A DNA stretch of 33,453 bases from an uncultured Candidatus Saccharibacteria bacterium (GCA_964634555.1 CAZWJJ010000002.1:1-33453), one strand, 5' to 3'; counted from the first letter of the stretch, positions 10,147-18,692 are shown. Numbers and translations: made by a program. The notes: generated by a model not told the origin, from the sequence alone.

Positions 10147-10590
10147 ATGAAAGTTATATTATTGCAGGATGTGCCTAAGGTTGGAAAAAAGTATGATATT
10201 AGAGAAGTTTCTGATGGTTACGGTAGGAATTTTTTGTTGAGAAACAAACTTGCAGAGGCTGCGACGGACAAATCATTAAAGGTGGCCGAGGAGATGAAGC
10301 AGAAGATGGTTGCGGTTAGAAAAATGGCTGATGCTGAGACCGAATCGAGCCTTGCTAAAATATCTAATATTAAATTAACCCTTAAGGGTCGTGCCAATGA
10401 GGAGGGGCATCTATTTGCAGGTATTAAGTCGGAAGAAATATCACGAGCAATTAAGGATCAGGCCGATTTAGTTGTCTTACCGGAATTTATTATGATAGAT
10501 AAGCCCATAAAGACATTGGGTGAGCATACTATTGGAGTTTCTCTGGCTGGTAAGACTGCGAGTTTTAAGTTAGTAGTTGATAAAGAATAG
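10147..10590 (+). CDS. rplI: 50S ribosomal protein L9
   Basis: 147 aa. MKVILLQDVPKVGKKYDIREVSDGYGRNFLL is the canonical L9 N-terminus. Confidence 0.93.
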   Translation: MKVILLQDVPKVGKKYDIREVSDGYGRNFLLRNKLAEAATDKSLKVAEEMKQKMVAVRKMADAETESSLAKISNIKLTLKGRANEEGHLFAGIKSEEISRAIKDQADLVVLPEFIMIDKPIKTLGEHTIGVSLAGKTASFKLVVDKE

Positions 10591-10624
10591 CTTTCTAGTC
10601 AATTAGTCAAATTAAACAAATATT

Positions 10625-10655
10625 AAAAAACACCGGGTGATGGCCGGTGTTTTTA
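10625..10655. terminator. Bidirectional terminator between convergent rplI and rpmA
   Basis: caccgg (10631-10636) pairs with ccggtg (10644-10649). Flanked by A6 on the left and T5 on the right. Confidence 0.75.
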
Positions 10656-10668
10656 TTTAGGTATCAAT

Positions 10669-10944
10669 TTATTCTATGACATTTACGGTAGACTTTTTAG
10701 AAGTCTTGCCGTTAAATTTTATTTTGCGCTTTTCACCGAATTTTATGGTTCCGGCTTTTAGGGCAAATAATGTGTGGTCCTTGCCAGTTCCAACATTGGC
10801 TCCTGCTATAATCACTGTGCCTCGCTGTCGGACAATCACCGCACCGGCCTTAGCAATATCGCCATCATATAGTTTGGTGCCGAGATATTTAGGCCCAGAA
10901 TCTTTAAGGTTTTTTGCGGAACCGCCCGCTTTCTTATGTGCCAT
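10669..10944 (-). CDS. rpmA: 50S ribosomal protein L27
   Basis: 91 aa. [28 protein letters not shown]...VRQRGT is canonical L27. Confidence 0.95.
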   Translation of the reverse strand: MAHKKAGGSAKNLKDSGPKYLGTKLYDGDIAKAGAVIVRQRGTVIIAGANVGTGKDHTLFALKAGTIKFGEKRKIKFNGKTSKKSTVNVIE

Positions 10945-11146
10945 ATGGTTTAATTATTGAATCTTGATTATTCGATAAGGTCAAATTTAGAGTTACAGAT
11001 GAGTTTAAACTATTTTATTAAAAAAATCAAGTAATTGTATTTTAGCCAATAGTCCACCATTGATTTATTACTATCTTTTATGTACCATTTAGGTGTCTTT
11101 AGTTAAGGTGGGTCGGTCTTTAACGTTATTAATTTGTACAAAAAAT

Positions 11147-11308
11147 ATGAATAGTAAATTAGTTTGGGTAATCGTTATAGTACTGGTTTTGATCGGTCTT
11201 TGGTACTGGTCAATGCCTTCAGCTCCGGTTACTCCTTCAGCTCCTGCATCGGCCGCTGATACAACTTCAGCTCCTGTTGTTCCAGCCGCTCCAGCTCCAA
11301 CAAATTAG
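11147..11308 (+). CDS. Small membrane-anchored or secreted protein with a Pro/Ala/Ser-rich tail
   Basis: The ATG at 11147 gives MNSKLVWVIVIVLVLIGLWYW (a TM helix), then PSAPVTPSAPASAADTTSAPVVPAAPAPTN. The longer track ORF starts at a GTG at 11093. A terminator follows. Confidence 0.5.
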   Translation: MNSKLVWVIVIVLVLIGLWYWSMPSAPVTPSAPASAADTTSAPVVPAAPAPTN

Positions 11309-11326
11309 CTCTATGAAATTTAAGAA

Positions 11327-11358
11327 ACAGCCTTCGTTAAAGACGAGGGCTGTTTTTT
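11327..11358 (+). terminator. Rho-independent terminator
   Basis: acagccttcgt (11327-11337) pairs with acgagggctgt (11343-11353, one G-U pair), followed by a T run. Confidence 0.8.
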
Positions 11359-11378
11359 AAATAATAATTATATTGCTA

Positions 11379-11408
11379 TTGACATACCAACATATGATCT
11401 GTTAGATT
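11379..11408 (+). promoter_or_regulatory. Putative sigma70-type promoter (TTGACA-N18-TAGATT)
   Basis: ttgaca at 11379-11384 and tagatt at 11403-11408, about 70 nt upstream of the GC-rich ORF. Confidence 0.4.
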
Positions 11409-11476
11409 TATATGCAGTTAAAGTCCTTTAATAGCAGAGCAAACATGTTGTAAAACAGGTTTGCAAGAAAGGAGAG

Positions 11477-11941
11477 ATGTTGATGGTTGCTCACATTCTT
11501 ACTACAGTCAAAACCTTTGATCCCGTCGCTTTCATTGGCGAAGGCTGGAAAGTTCTCGAAGATGAGAGTGATAAGCGTACAGAGGCCCTGAATGAGGTCG
11601 ATTTCACTAAGGTTAATTTCGAAAACGGTATCAAGTATGGGAAAAGATGGACGACCGGCAAAGAGAGGTTGAGGTTCCTCAGAGAGGGTGGCAACATCCT
11701 TCTCGGCGTTGAGACCCTTCTGGCCCTTTGGCAGGAGAAGGACCATACTACTCTGGAATGGATCCACGAGGAGAAGATTATCTACTACCTAGACTTCTTC
11801 GGAACCATTATCGCGAGTCCGCACAACCACCGCTTTGTGACGTGTCTCCGTCGCAGAGACACCAGGTGGTACTGTAGCCTCTCTTGTCTAGACTGTGAAT
11901 GGCACGACGGCAACTTCTCTGTCTCTCTCACAAGTAAGTAG
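11477..11941 (+). CDS. Hypothetical protein, GC-rich family member 1 (154 aa)
   Basis: SD aaaggagag at 11469-11476. Start is ATG 11477 or, with better spacing, ATG 11483. G+C clearly above the neighbours. The C-terminal region aligns by eye with ORFs 14388-14813 and 23896-25740. It has its own terminator. Confidence 0.7.
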   Translation: MLMVAHILTTVKTFDPVAFIGEGWKVLEDESDKRTEALNEVDFTKVNFENGIKYGKRWTTGKERLRFLREGGNILLGVETLLALWQEKDHTTLEWIHEEKIIYYLDFFGTIIASPHNHRFVTCLRRRDTRWYCSLSCLDCEWHDGNFSVSLTSK

Positions 11942-11992
11942 CGCCCTTTGAACTTCGCCACACTAGCCTAATCTTGGTCACTTTGACCTTCC

Positions 11993-12020
11993 GGCCCCGA
12001 CTTTTGTCGGGGCTGTTTTT
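11993..12020 (+). terminator. Rho-independent terminator
   Basis: The hairpin ggccccgacttttgtcggggc spans 11993-12013, with ccccgac (11995-12001) pairing with gtcgggg (12006-12012). It is followed by tgttttt. Confidence 0.85.
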
Positions 12021-12032
12021 ATTGTTTGTAGA

Positions 12033-12153
12033 GTCATTGCGAGCCGTGCGGAGCAATCTATGTGGCTATTTTGCAGAAAGAGATTACTTCGTTGCAGGCT
12101 CCTCGCAATGACAGGCCTAGAGTGTCATTGCCCTTGTGGTTGCTCGCAATCAC
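12033..12153. repeat. Nested-palindrome repeat cluster, copy 2 (one full unit plus one short unit)
   Basis: Unit 1: gtcattgcgagc (12033-12044), gagcaatct (12051-12059), agattacttc (12081-12090), cctcgcaatgac (12101-12112). Unit 2: gtgtcattgc (12122-12131) and gctcgcaatcac (12142-12153). Confidence 0.85.
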
Positions 12154-12277
12154 ATCAAAGCTGAGACAATAACACTGAAAAGTCCTAAATTCCTTTATTG
12201 CGGACTATAATGACGATTTAGAATTTAATAGATCACACTAATTTGACATACTGTAATATTTTGTGTTCAATGTACAG

Positions 12278-14332
12278 ATGAATTCACCCTTTAAATTGGA
12301 ATCGGAATTTAAGCCGACAGGCGATCAGCCCGAAGCTATAAAAAAATTAACGCAGGGTGTTCACGGCGATTTGGATCACCAGACTCTTTTTGGCGTGACA
12401 GGATCTGGTAAAACTTTTACCATTGCAAATGTGATCGCCAATATAGGTAAACCGACGCTTGTCATCGCGCATAACAAAACTTTGGCGGCTCAGCTTGCTC
12501 AAGAGTACCGTGAATTTTTTCCACATAATGCCGTTCATTATTTTGTATCTTATTATGACTACTATCAGCCCGAGGCTTACATGCCGATCACTGATACTTA
12601 CATCGAAAAAGATGCGAAGATAAACGAAGAGATCGATAGGCTTCGACATGCTTCAACTCAGGCGCTATTATCACGCAAGGATGTCATTATTGTTGCCTCA
12701 GTTTCTTGCATATATGGTTTAGGAAGTCCGTAGGATTATGAGAAAGAAAATTTGAAAATAAAGACCGGTGCTAAAATTTCACAGCAAGACCTGTTTCAAA
12801 AACTGGTCTCAATTCACTTTCAAAGAACAAATTCCGATCTGACTCCTGGGACATTCCGCTCTTTGGGTAATAATGTTGAAATCATGCCGACTGGTGAGAA
12901 AATTATTTTAAGCCTTGATCTTTCGACTGAGGGTAGTGAGAGTTCTATATCAAATATAATGAGTATTGATCCGATCTCGCGCCAATTGATCGAGAAAATG
13001 GATCTGTTCTATCTTTTTCCTGCTAAGCATTTTTTGACTAATAAAAGCAAAAAGCGCGCGGCTATCAAATCGATCCGCGCCGAACTCGCGGCTCGTCTTA
13101 AGGAATTAAAAAAGGCCGGCAAGATTTTGGAAGCAGAGAGATTAAAAAGGCGGACAAGCTATGATCTGGCTATGATTGAAGAGGTTGGATACTGTTCTGG
13201 AATAGAAAACTATTCCAGACATTTGGCAGGTCGCATTGCCGGTTCACCGCCCGATACTTTGCTATCTTATTTTCCTAAAAAGGCCGACGGTTCGGCGGAC
13301 TTCTTGACTGTGATTGACGAATCTCACGTTACAGTTCCGCAGATCAGCGGAATGTATGCAGGTGATCAAGCTAGAAAGAAAACCTTGATAGAGCATGGTT
13401 TCCGCTTGCCGTCAGCCCTCGATAATCGCCCGTTTACTTTCGAGGAGTTTAATGAAAGAGTGGGTCCTGTAATTTATACCTCTGCAACTCCCGCTGATTA
13501 CGAAAAAAGTTTAAGCAAATCTCCCAATGGACAGATCGTCGAACAGATAATTCGTCCGACAGGATTGATAGACCCTGAGATAGTTGTCCGGCCGATTGTT
13601 GCTTCTGAAAAATACGGGGGACAAATACAGGACTTCATGAAAGAGGTGAATGATGTGGTTGGTAAGGGATTTAGAGTGATAGCCACAACTTTAACAAAAA
13701 AGATGGCCGAGGAGCTTTCAATCTATTTAAAAGATAAGGGGATAAAAGCCGAATATCTTCACAGTGATATAAAAACGATAGAAAGAATTCAGATCTTAAC
13801 TGATTTTAGAAAAGGTAAATTTGATTGTCTGGTTGGAGTTAATCTTTTGCGCGAAGGACTTGATCTGCCAGAAGTCGCATTGATTGGAATTTTAGATGCA
13901 GATAAGGAGGGTTTTTTGCGTTCAGAATCATCGCTTATTCAAACTATAGGCCGAGCGGCACGGAATGTTTTTGGCCGCGTAATACTTTATGCTGATAAAA
14001 TTACTGGCTCAATGAAAGCGGCAATCGATGAAACAGCAAGAAGAAGAAAGATACAGACTGAATATAATACTAAACATGGCATAACGCCGAAAACCATCAT
14101 TAAATCTATCAAGGATATCACCGAAGGTATGGAATCAAAGCATAGCAAGACTGTCAATGCTTTGTTGGAGATTGATAAAAGGGTTTTTGCTAAAAATCCC
14201 AAAGCTCTGATTAAAGAAAAAGAATCCCAAATGAATGATGCCGTTAAACTTCTTGATTTTGAAACCGCGGCGATTTTGCGCGATGAAATAAAAATTTTGG
14301 CGCAAATGGCGGAAGGTCTAGACAATAAATAA
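12278..14332 (+). CDS. uvrB: Excinuclease ABC subunit B, interrupted by an in-frame TAG at 12731-12733
   Basis: ORFs 12263-12733 and 12752-14332 are in the same frame. The junction reads ...[25 protein letters not shown]... where orthologues have GLGSPEEY. Walker [15 protein letters not shown] box, helicase C lobe and a C-terminal UVR motif ([14 protein letters not shown]). The likely start is ATG 12278. Confidence 0.9.
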
Positions 14333-14387
14333 CAAGTATGTTATTTATGTGGTAGAAGGACTTTTAAGTTCAAGAAAGGGGTGAGGA

Positions 14388-14813
14388 ATGCAGACCGAAT
14401 TTAACCTCATGATCGACTACAGTCAGACCTTAGAGCAGATGATCGCCGCCGGCCGTTACGACTGGCCCAACAGCGAGATTATGGCCAAGCGCTTTTTTGT
14501 GAAGGAAGTGGGTAAGATCTTTCTCAAGGCAGAACTTGTCCACTTCAACCGGAACATCTCTTCAGGTGGAGTGGTTTTTGAACTCCGCAAGATGGGTAAG
14601 CGCCCCGCCACTATCGAAGAGCTCCTGGCCTTCGGGGCGCAATACCCCGAGATCCAGCGTGAGTTCCCGGTAGTTGCCCTCGGCTCCTCCGCGTGGATCT
14701 GCGGCCACTTCGTGACATACCTCTACGGGGACGGCTTCAAGCGGTGCCTGCGCCTCCACGGGAGGGGCGGCTGGTGGGGCGTCAGCTCTCGGTTCCTCGT
14801 TTTCGACAAGTAG
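14388..14813 (+). CDS. Hypothetical protein, GC-rich family member 2 (141 aa)
   Basis: Purine-rich SD-like aaaggggtgagga precedes the ATG. Very GC-rich: 40/60 G+C at 14701-14760. C-terminus ...ELLAFGAQYPEIQREFPVVALGS...RFLVFDK. It has its own terminator. Confidence 0.7.
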   Translation: MQTEFNLMIDYSQTLEQMIAAGRYDWPNSEIMAKRFFVKEVGKIFLKAELVHFNRNISSGGVVFELRKMGKRPATIEELLAFGAQYPEIQREFPVVALGSSAWICGHFVTYLYGDGFKRCLRLHGRGGWWGVSSRFLVFDK

Positions 14814-14839
14814 GTTTTTGTCTCACTAGAAATGATTAT

Positions 14840-14864
14840 CCCGACCCTTGGTCGGGATTTTTTT
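14840..14864 (+). terminator. Rho-independent terminator
   Basis: cccgac (14840-14845) pairs with gtcggg (14851-14856), followed by a T7 run (14858-14864). Confidence 0.85.
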
Positions 14865-14880
14865 AATGTTAATGAGCAGT

Positions 14881-15047
14881 GTCATTGTTAGTGATAGCAG
14901 GGCGATCTACAGAGCTATATTTCTAGAAAGAGATTGCTTCGTCGCAGGCTCCTCGCAATGACAGGCCTAGAGTGTTATTGCGAGGAATGAAATGACGAAG
15001 CAATCTCTAATAGGATTGCCACGCTCCTTGCGCTCGCTCGCAATGAA
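14881..15047. repeat. Nested-palindrome repeat cluster, copy 3 (two tandem units)
   Basis: Unit 1: degenerate left arm gtcattgttagt (14881-14892), agattgcttc (14931-14940), cctcgcaatgac (14951-14962). Unit 2: gtgttattgcgagg (14972-14985), gacgaagcaatctc (14994-15007), aggattgcc (15012-15020), gctcgcaatgaa (15036-15047). Segment 14925-14981 matches 12075-12131 at 54 of 57 positions. Confidence 0.85.
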
Positions 15048-15066
15048 GATTTAGAAAAAAGATAGT

Positions 15067-15094
15067 TTGACAAATGGGATTTTTAATGTAGATT
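15067..15094 (+). promoter_or_regulatory. Putative sigma70-type promoter (TTGACA-N16-TAGATT)
   Basis: ttgaca at 15067-15072 and tagatt at 15089-15094, about 45 nt upstream of the three-ORF operon. The hexamers match the putative promoter at 11379-11408. Confidence 0.4.
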
Positions 15095-15138
15095 CTAGTA
15101 GAGTTGTTGTTCGTTGAAAACACAAGGAGGACGAAGGA

Positions 15139-15375
15139 ATGCACCTGGTCGGTCTGTTTTGGATAGGATGTATGATTTTTAATCACACCCTACTTTTCCG
15201 CCATGATGCCATGTTTGAAGATCTGCCACTATTGGCTAAGTCTTTCTGGTTGCTTTCCGGTCCTGTATTTTCTTTGCTGATCGTATTTTCAAGCTTCTTT
15301 ATTAAAAGATGTTCTGAATGTCATCGCTGGCAAGCGGATTGTAACTGTCAAAAGGGAGGCCGAGATGTCATATAA
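15139..15375 (+). CDS. Small membrane protein with a Cys-rich tail (78 aa)
   Basis: GGAGG at 15126-15130, 8 nt before the ATG. Two hydrophobic segments, then CSECHRWQADCNC. Overlaps the next ORF by 11 nt. Confidence 0.55.
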   Translation: MHLVGLFWIGCMIFNHTLLFRHDAMFEDLPLLAKSFWLLSGPVFSLLIVFSSFFIKRCSECHRWQADCNCQKGGRDVI

Positions 15376-15754
15376 GAAGATTGGAAATGTGACGCTTCTT
15401 CCTGATTGGAGGGGTCGTCCGAATTTTCAATCCGATCCAGATTTTGATTTTGCGAACAAGATATTTATATATGCGTCGTTTATTCCCAATCCAAGATTAA
15501 ATCCCATGCATAATGATGCTGAGAAATGGATTGCCTATCATGATGAACAGAACATTGATCTATTTACATTGGGTGTTATAGATCTAGGGGTTTTATTGGA
15601 AACTGAATATGTTTGGGGCGTAGTGGAGTTTGCGCGCGAATTCGATGATCTTGAGTCAGCCCAAAGAGTGTTCCAACAGATGAAAGAATCAAAGAGCGGC
15701 TTGGCTGATTTCTATCTCTATAATAAAGGTAAGTTGATCGATAAGTATGACTGA
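15365..15754 (+). CDS. Hypothetical protein (129 aa)
   Basis: GGGAGG at 15354-15359, 5 nt before the ATG. Overlaps both neighbours, including an ATGACTGA overlap with the next ORF. No recognisable motif. Confidence 0.55.
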   Translation: MSYKKIGNVTLLPDWRGRPNFQSDPDFDFANKIFIYASFIPNPRLNPMHNDAEKWIAYHDEQNIDLFTLGVIDLGVLLETEYVWGVVEFAREFDDLESAQRVFQQMKESKSGLADFYLYNKGKLIDKYD

Positions 15755-15968
15755 TGAAAAGAAGTTCACACTTGATGATCAGAAAGAATTGATTAAAAAT
15801 CATTTAGAAGATCTGTATGAATTAGAAAAAAGGTTGCGTGAATTTGCTGATGCAATTTTTCGAGCCAGATATGGATTTGACGCGCTCTTTATTGATGAAC
15901 TGCAAACTGATGTCCACATGCTGATTCATAAGATTTTCATTTCTTCCAAGCTGTCTAAGAAAAGTTAG
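15747..15968 (+). CDS. Hypothetical helical protein (73 aa)
   Basis: The start overlaps the stop of the upstream ORF by 8 nt. Charged, coiled-coil-like sequence. A terminator follows. Confidence 0.45.
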   Translation: MTDEKKFTLDDQKELIKNHLEDLYELEKRLREFADAIFRARYGFDALFIDELQTDVHMLIHKIFISSKLSKKS

Positions 15969-15976
15969 TTGATACT

Positions 15977-15999
15977 GCCCCGATATGCGGGGCTTTTTT
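15977..15999 (+). terminator. Rho-independent terminator
   Basis: gcccc (15977-15981) pairs with ggggc (15989-15993), followed by a T6 run. Confidence 0.8.
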
Positions 16000-16061
16000 A
16001 ATTCAAATTGAAGGGTGCCGGCGGATTTGCACATTTATAAAACATAATGTATAGTTTTGCA

Positions 16062-18692
16062 ATGTCAAAAGAGCCTAAATTCGAAAAAAGCGACAAAATA
16101 ATCGTTCGAGGCGCCCGGACTCATAATCTTAAAAATATTACTGTTGAAATGCCGCGCGATAAAATGGTCGTCTTCACGGGACTTTCCGGTTCAGGAAAAT
16201 CTTCATTGGCCTTCGATACAATCTTTGCCGAAGGACAGCGACGATATGTCGAATCACTATCTTCTTATGCTCGCCAATTTTTAAGACAGTTTCAGAAGCC
16301 GGATGTTGATGAGATCATCGGTTTATCTCCGGCTATCTCTATAGATCAAAAAGCGCATTCATCGAATCCGCGATCTACAGTCGCGACGATTACAGAAATT
16401 TACGACTATTTGAGAGTATTTTTTGCGCGTATTGGCCGCCCTCACTGTTTGATATGCGGACAGGAGATTAGGCGACTATCAAATGATGAGATTGTGGATT
16501 TTATTATTGATAAAATAAAAAAACATAATCTCGAAGATAAAACTAAAGAAAATCAGATATCACGATTGATGATCTTCGCGCCAGTTGTTCGCGGACGAAA
16601 GGGTGAATATTATCAACTGCTTTATGATTTGCTTGGAAAGGGGTATACGCAGGTCAAGATCGATGGCGTTGTTTATAAATTGCGCGAGCAGATAATTTTG
16701 GACAAAAATGTTCGGCACGATATAGATGTTTTGATTGATGAAGTTTCCTTGCTTGAGGGACCGACTGGCCAGACGACAATTTTAACCAAAGAAAAAATTG
16801 TTAAGGATAGATTGGCGGAAGCGATTGGAATAGCTTTAGCTCAAGCGGACGATACGGTAAAAATTGTTTTTAATATGGATCAAGGTCTGGTTGTTTTATC
16901 GGGACTTGGGCCTAAGTGGGAAGAGATCGGCATGTCCGCGAAATATACTTGTCCGCGCGATGGCTTTTCATTTATGGAAGTTGAACCCCGATTATTTTCA
17001 TTTAATTCGCCTTATGGTGCGTGCGAGGTTTGCCATGGACTTGGTACCAAAACACTCTTTGGCGATGAGGTATGCGATGCCTGCAAGGGAAAAAGATTGA
17101 GACCAGAAGCGCTTAATGTTATAATCGTGGAGAAAAATATAGTTGATGTTAGTTCACTTTCCATCAGAGAAGCTTTTGACTATTTTTCTGGTTTAAAACT
17201 TACAGAAAGAGAGATTGGAATCTCATCAGTTGTGACGCGAGAAATTCAAAGTAGAATCAAGTTTATGCTTGATGTCGGATTGGATTATCTGTCTCTTGAT
17301 AGGCGAGCGGGGACATTATCGGGCGGAGAAGCTCAAAGGATCCGCCTAGCATCACAGCTAGGTTCCCGACTTGTGGGTGCGTTGTATGTTTTGGATGAAC
17401 CGACGGTGGGATTACATTCTCGCGACAATGATCGATTAATAAAAACACTAAAAGATCTTCGCGATCTTGGGAATACAATCATTGTGGTTGAACACGATGA
17501 AGACACGATTTTTGCTTCTGATCATTTAATTGACATAGGTCCAGGTGCTGGAGTGCACGGCGGAGATGTTGTGGTTGCTGGACCGACAGATGAGCTCATA
17601 ACTAATAAAAAGAAAAAGTCGTTAACGTTAGATTATCTGCGCGGTGATGCCAAGGTTGAAGTGCCGGAAAAACGCCGAGATAAAGAGATGGGCTCTTTGA
17701 AAATTGCTGGCGGCAAGATTTTTAATATTTCAAATCTTAATATTGAAGTGCCGCTCGGCAGATTGATCTGTTTAACTGGTGTTTCCGGTTCGGGAAAGTC
17801 ATCGCTTATGGATGAGATTATTTACAAAAATCTTCACCATAAATTTGAAAGAAAGCGCGGCAATGAACCGCAAAATTGTAAAAATTTCCTCGGCACAGAA
17901 TATGTTTCAAGGGTAGTCTCGATTGATCAATCGCCGATCGGCAGAACGCCCCGATCTAATCCGGCGACTTATACCGGCGCTTTTACACATATTCGAGATA
18001 TGTTTGCAGAGACAGTGGACGCAAAAGTAAAAGGCTTCAGATCTAACCGTTTTTCTTTTAACGTTAAGGGTGGTCGCTGCGAAACTTGCGAGGGCAATGG
18101 TCAGATCGCTGTCGAGATGCATTTCTTGCCTACTGTTTATGTTCCGTGCGATGTATGCGGAGGCAAAAGATTTAATCGCGAGACTTTGGAGATCAAATAT
18201 AAAAAGAAGTCAATTCATGACGTGCTTAAAATGACAGTTGAAGAGGCTTCAAAATTTTTTATAGATATTCCGGCGATTTCCGATCGTTTGAGAATTTTAA
18301 ATGAAGTTGGGCTTGGTTATCTTGAGCTTGGCCAATCTGCAACAACTTTGTCCGGCGGCGAATCTCAGCGTGTTAAAATAGCGTCGGAACTATATCGTCC
18401 CGGACTTTTTAAAACGGTCTATCTATTAGATGAGCCTACAATTGGTCTGCACTATGAAGATGTTAAAAATTTAGTGGAAATATTACAGCGTCTCGTAAAA
18501 CATGGTAATACGGTCATTGTTATAGAACATAATATGGATGTCATAAAATGCGCCGATTATCTTATTGACATGGGGCCGGAAGGTGGGGATCAGGGCGGAA
18601 AGGTTGTAGCTCATGGTACGCCGGAGGACGTAGCCAAAAATCCGAAGTCTCACACGGGACATTATTTAAAAAAGGTTTTGAAGAAAAGATAG
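16062..18692 (+). CDS. uvrA: Excinuclease ABC subunit A
   Basis: Two ABC modules ([10 protein letters not shown] and [10 protein letters not shown]; LSGGEAQR and LSGGESQR) and CxxC zinc modules. The start is ATG 16062 or ATG 16047. About 876-881 aa, which is shorter than I recall for typical UvrA. Confidence 0.93.
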   Translation: MSKEPKFEKSDKIIVRGARTHNLKNITVEMPRDKMVVFTGLSGSGKSSLAFDTIFAEGQRRYVESLSSYARQFLRQFQKPDVDEIIGLSPAISIDQKAHSSNPRSTVATITEIYDYLRVFFARIGRPHCLICGQEIRRLSNDEIVDFIIDKIKKHNLEDKTKENQISRLMIFAPVVRGRKGEYYQLLYDLLGKGYTQVKIDGVVYKLREQIILDKNVRHDIDVLIDEVSLLEGPTGQTTILTKEKIVKDRLAEAIGIALAQADDTVKIVFNMDQGLVVLSGLGPKWEEIGMSAKYTCPRDGFSFMEVEPRLFSFNSPYGACEVCHGLGTKTLFGDEVCDACKGKRLRPEALNVIIVEKNIVDVSSLSIREAFDYFSGLKLTEREIGISSVVTREIQSRIKFMLDVGLDYLSLDRRAGTLSGGEAQRIRLASQLGSRLVGALYVLDEPTVGLHSRDNDRLIKTLKDLRDLGNTIIVVEHDEDTIFASDHLIDIGPGAGVHGGDVVVAGPTDELITNKKKKSLTLDYLRGDAKVEVPEKRRDKEMGSLKIAGGKIFNISNLNIEVPLGRLICLTGVSGSGKSSLMDEIIYKNLHHKFERKRGNEPQNCKNFLGTEYVSRVVSIDQSPIGRTPRSNPATYTGAFTHIRDMFAETVDAKVKGFRSNRFSFNVKGGRCETCEGNGQIAVEMHFLPTVYVPCDVCGGKRFNRETLEIKYKKKSIHDVLKMTVEEASKFFIDIPAISDRLRILNEVGLGYLELGQSATTLSGGESQRVKIASELYRPGLFKTVYLLDEPTIGLHYEDVKNLVEILQRLVKHGNTVIVIEHNMDVIKCADYLIDMGPEGGDQGGKVVAHGTPEDVAKNPKSHTGHYLKKVLKKR

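Noticed and set aside
12033-15047. Possible CRISPR array, given the recurring ~12-30-nt GTCATTGCGAG-type repeats
   Set aside because: The repeats occur as inverted arm pairs forming hairpin units. They are not evenly spaced direct repeats separated by unique spacers. The two clusters are 2.8 kb apart with genes between them, and there are no cas genes.
11942-15047. Integron-like gene cassettes with attC sites (promoter-proximal small ORFs followed by imperfect palindromes)
   Set aside because: No integrase or attI is present. The palindrome arms do not match the attC R-box pattern (RYYYAAC / GTTRRRY). At least cassette 1 appears to carry its own promoter.
15994-16009. 16-nt identity (ttttttaattcaaatt) between the tails of the terminators at 15977-15999 and 19178-19206, suggesting duplicated module ends
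   Set aside because: The sequence is AT-rich and partly a terminator T run. My rough estimate gives a chance expectation of order 0.1-1 for one such match in 33 kb. The hairpins themselves differ.
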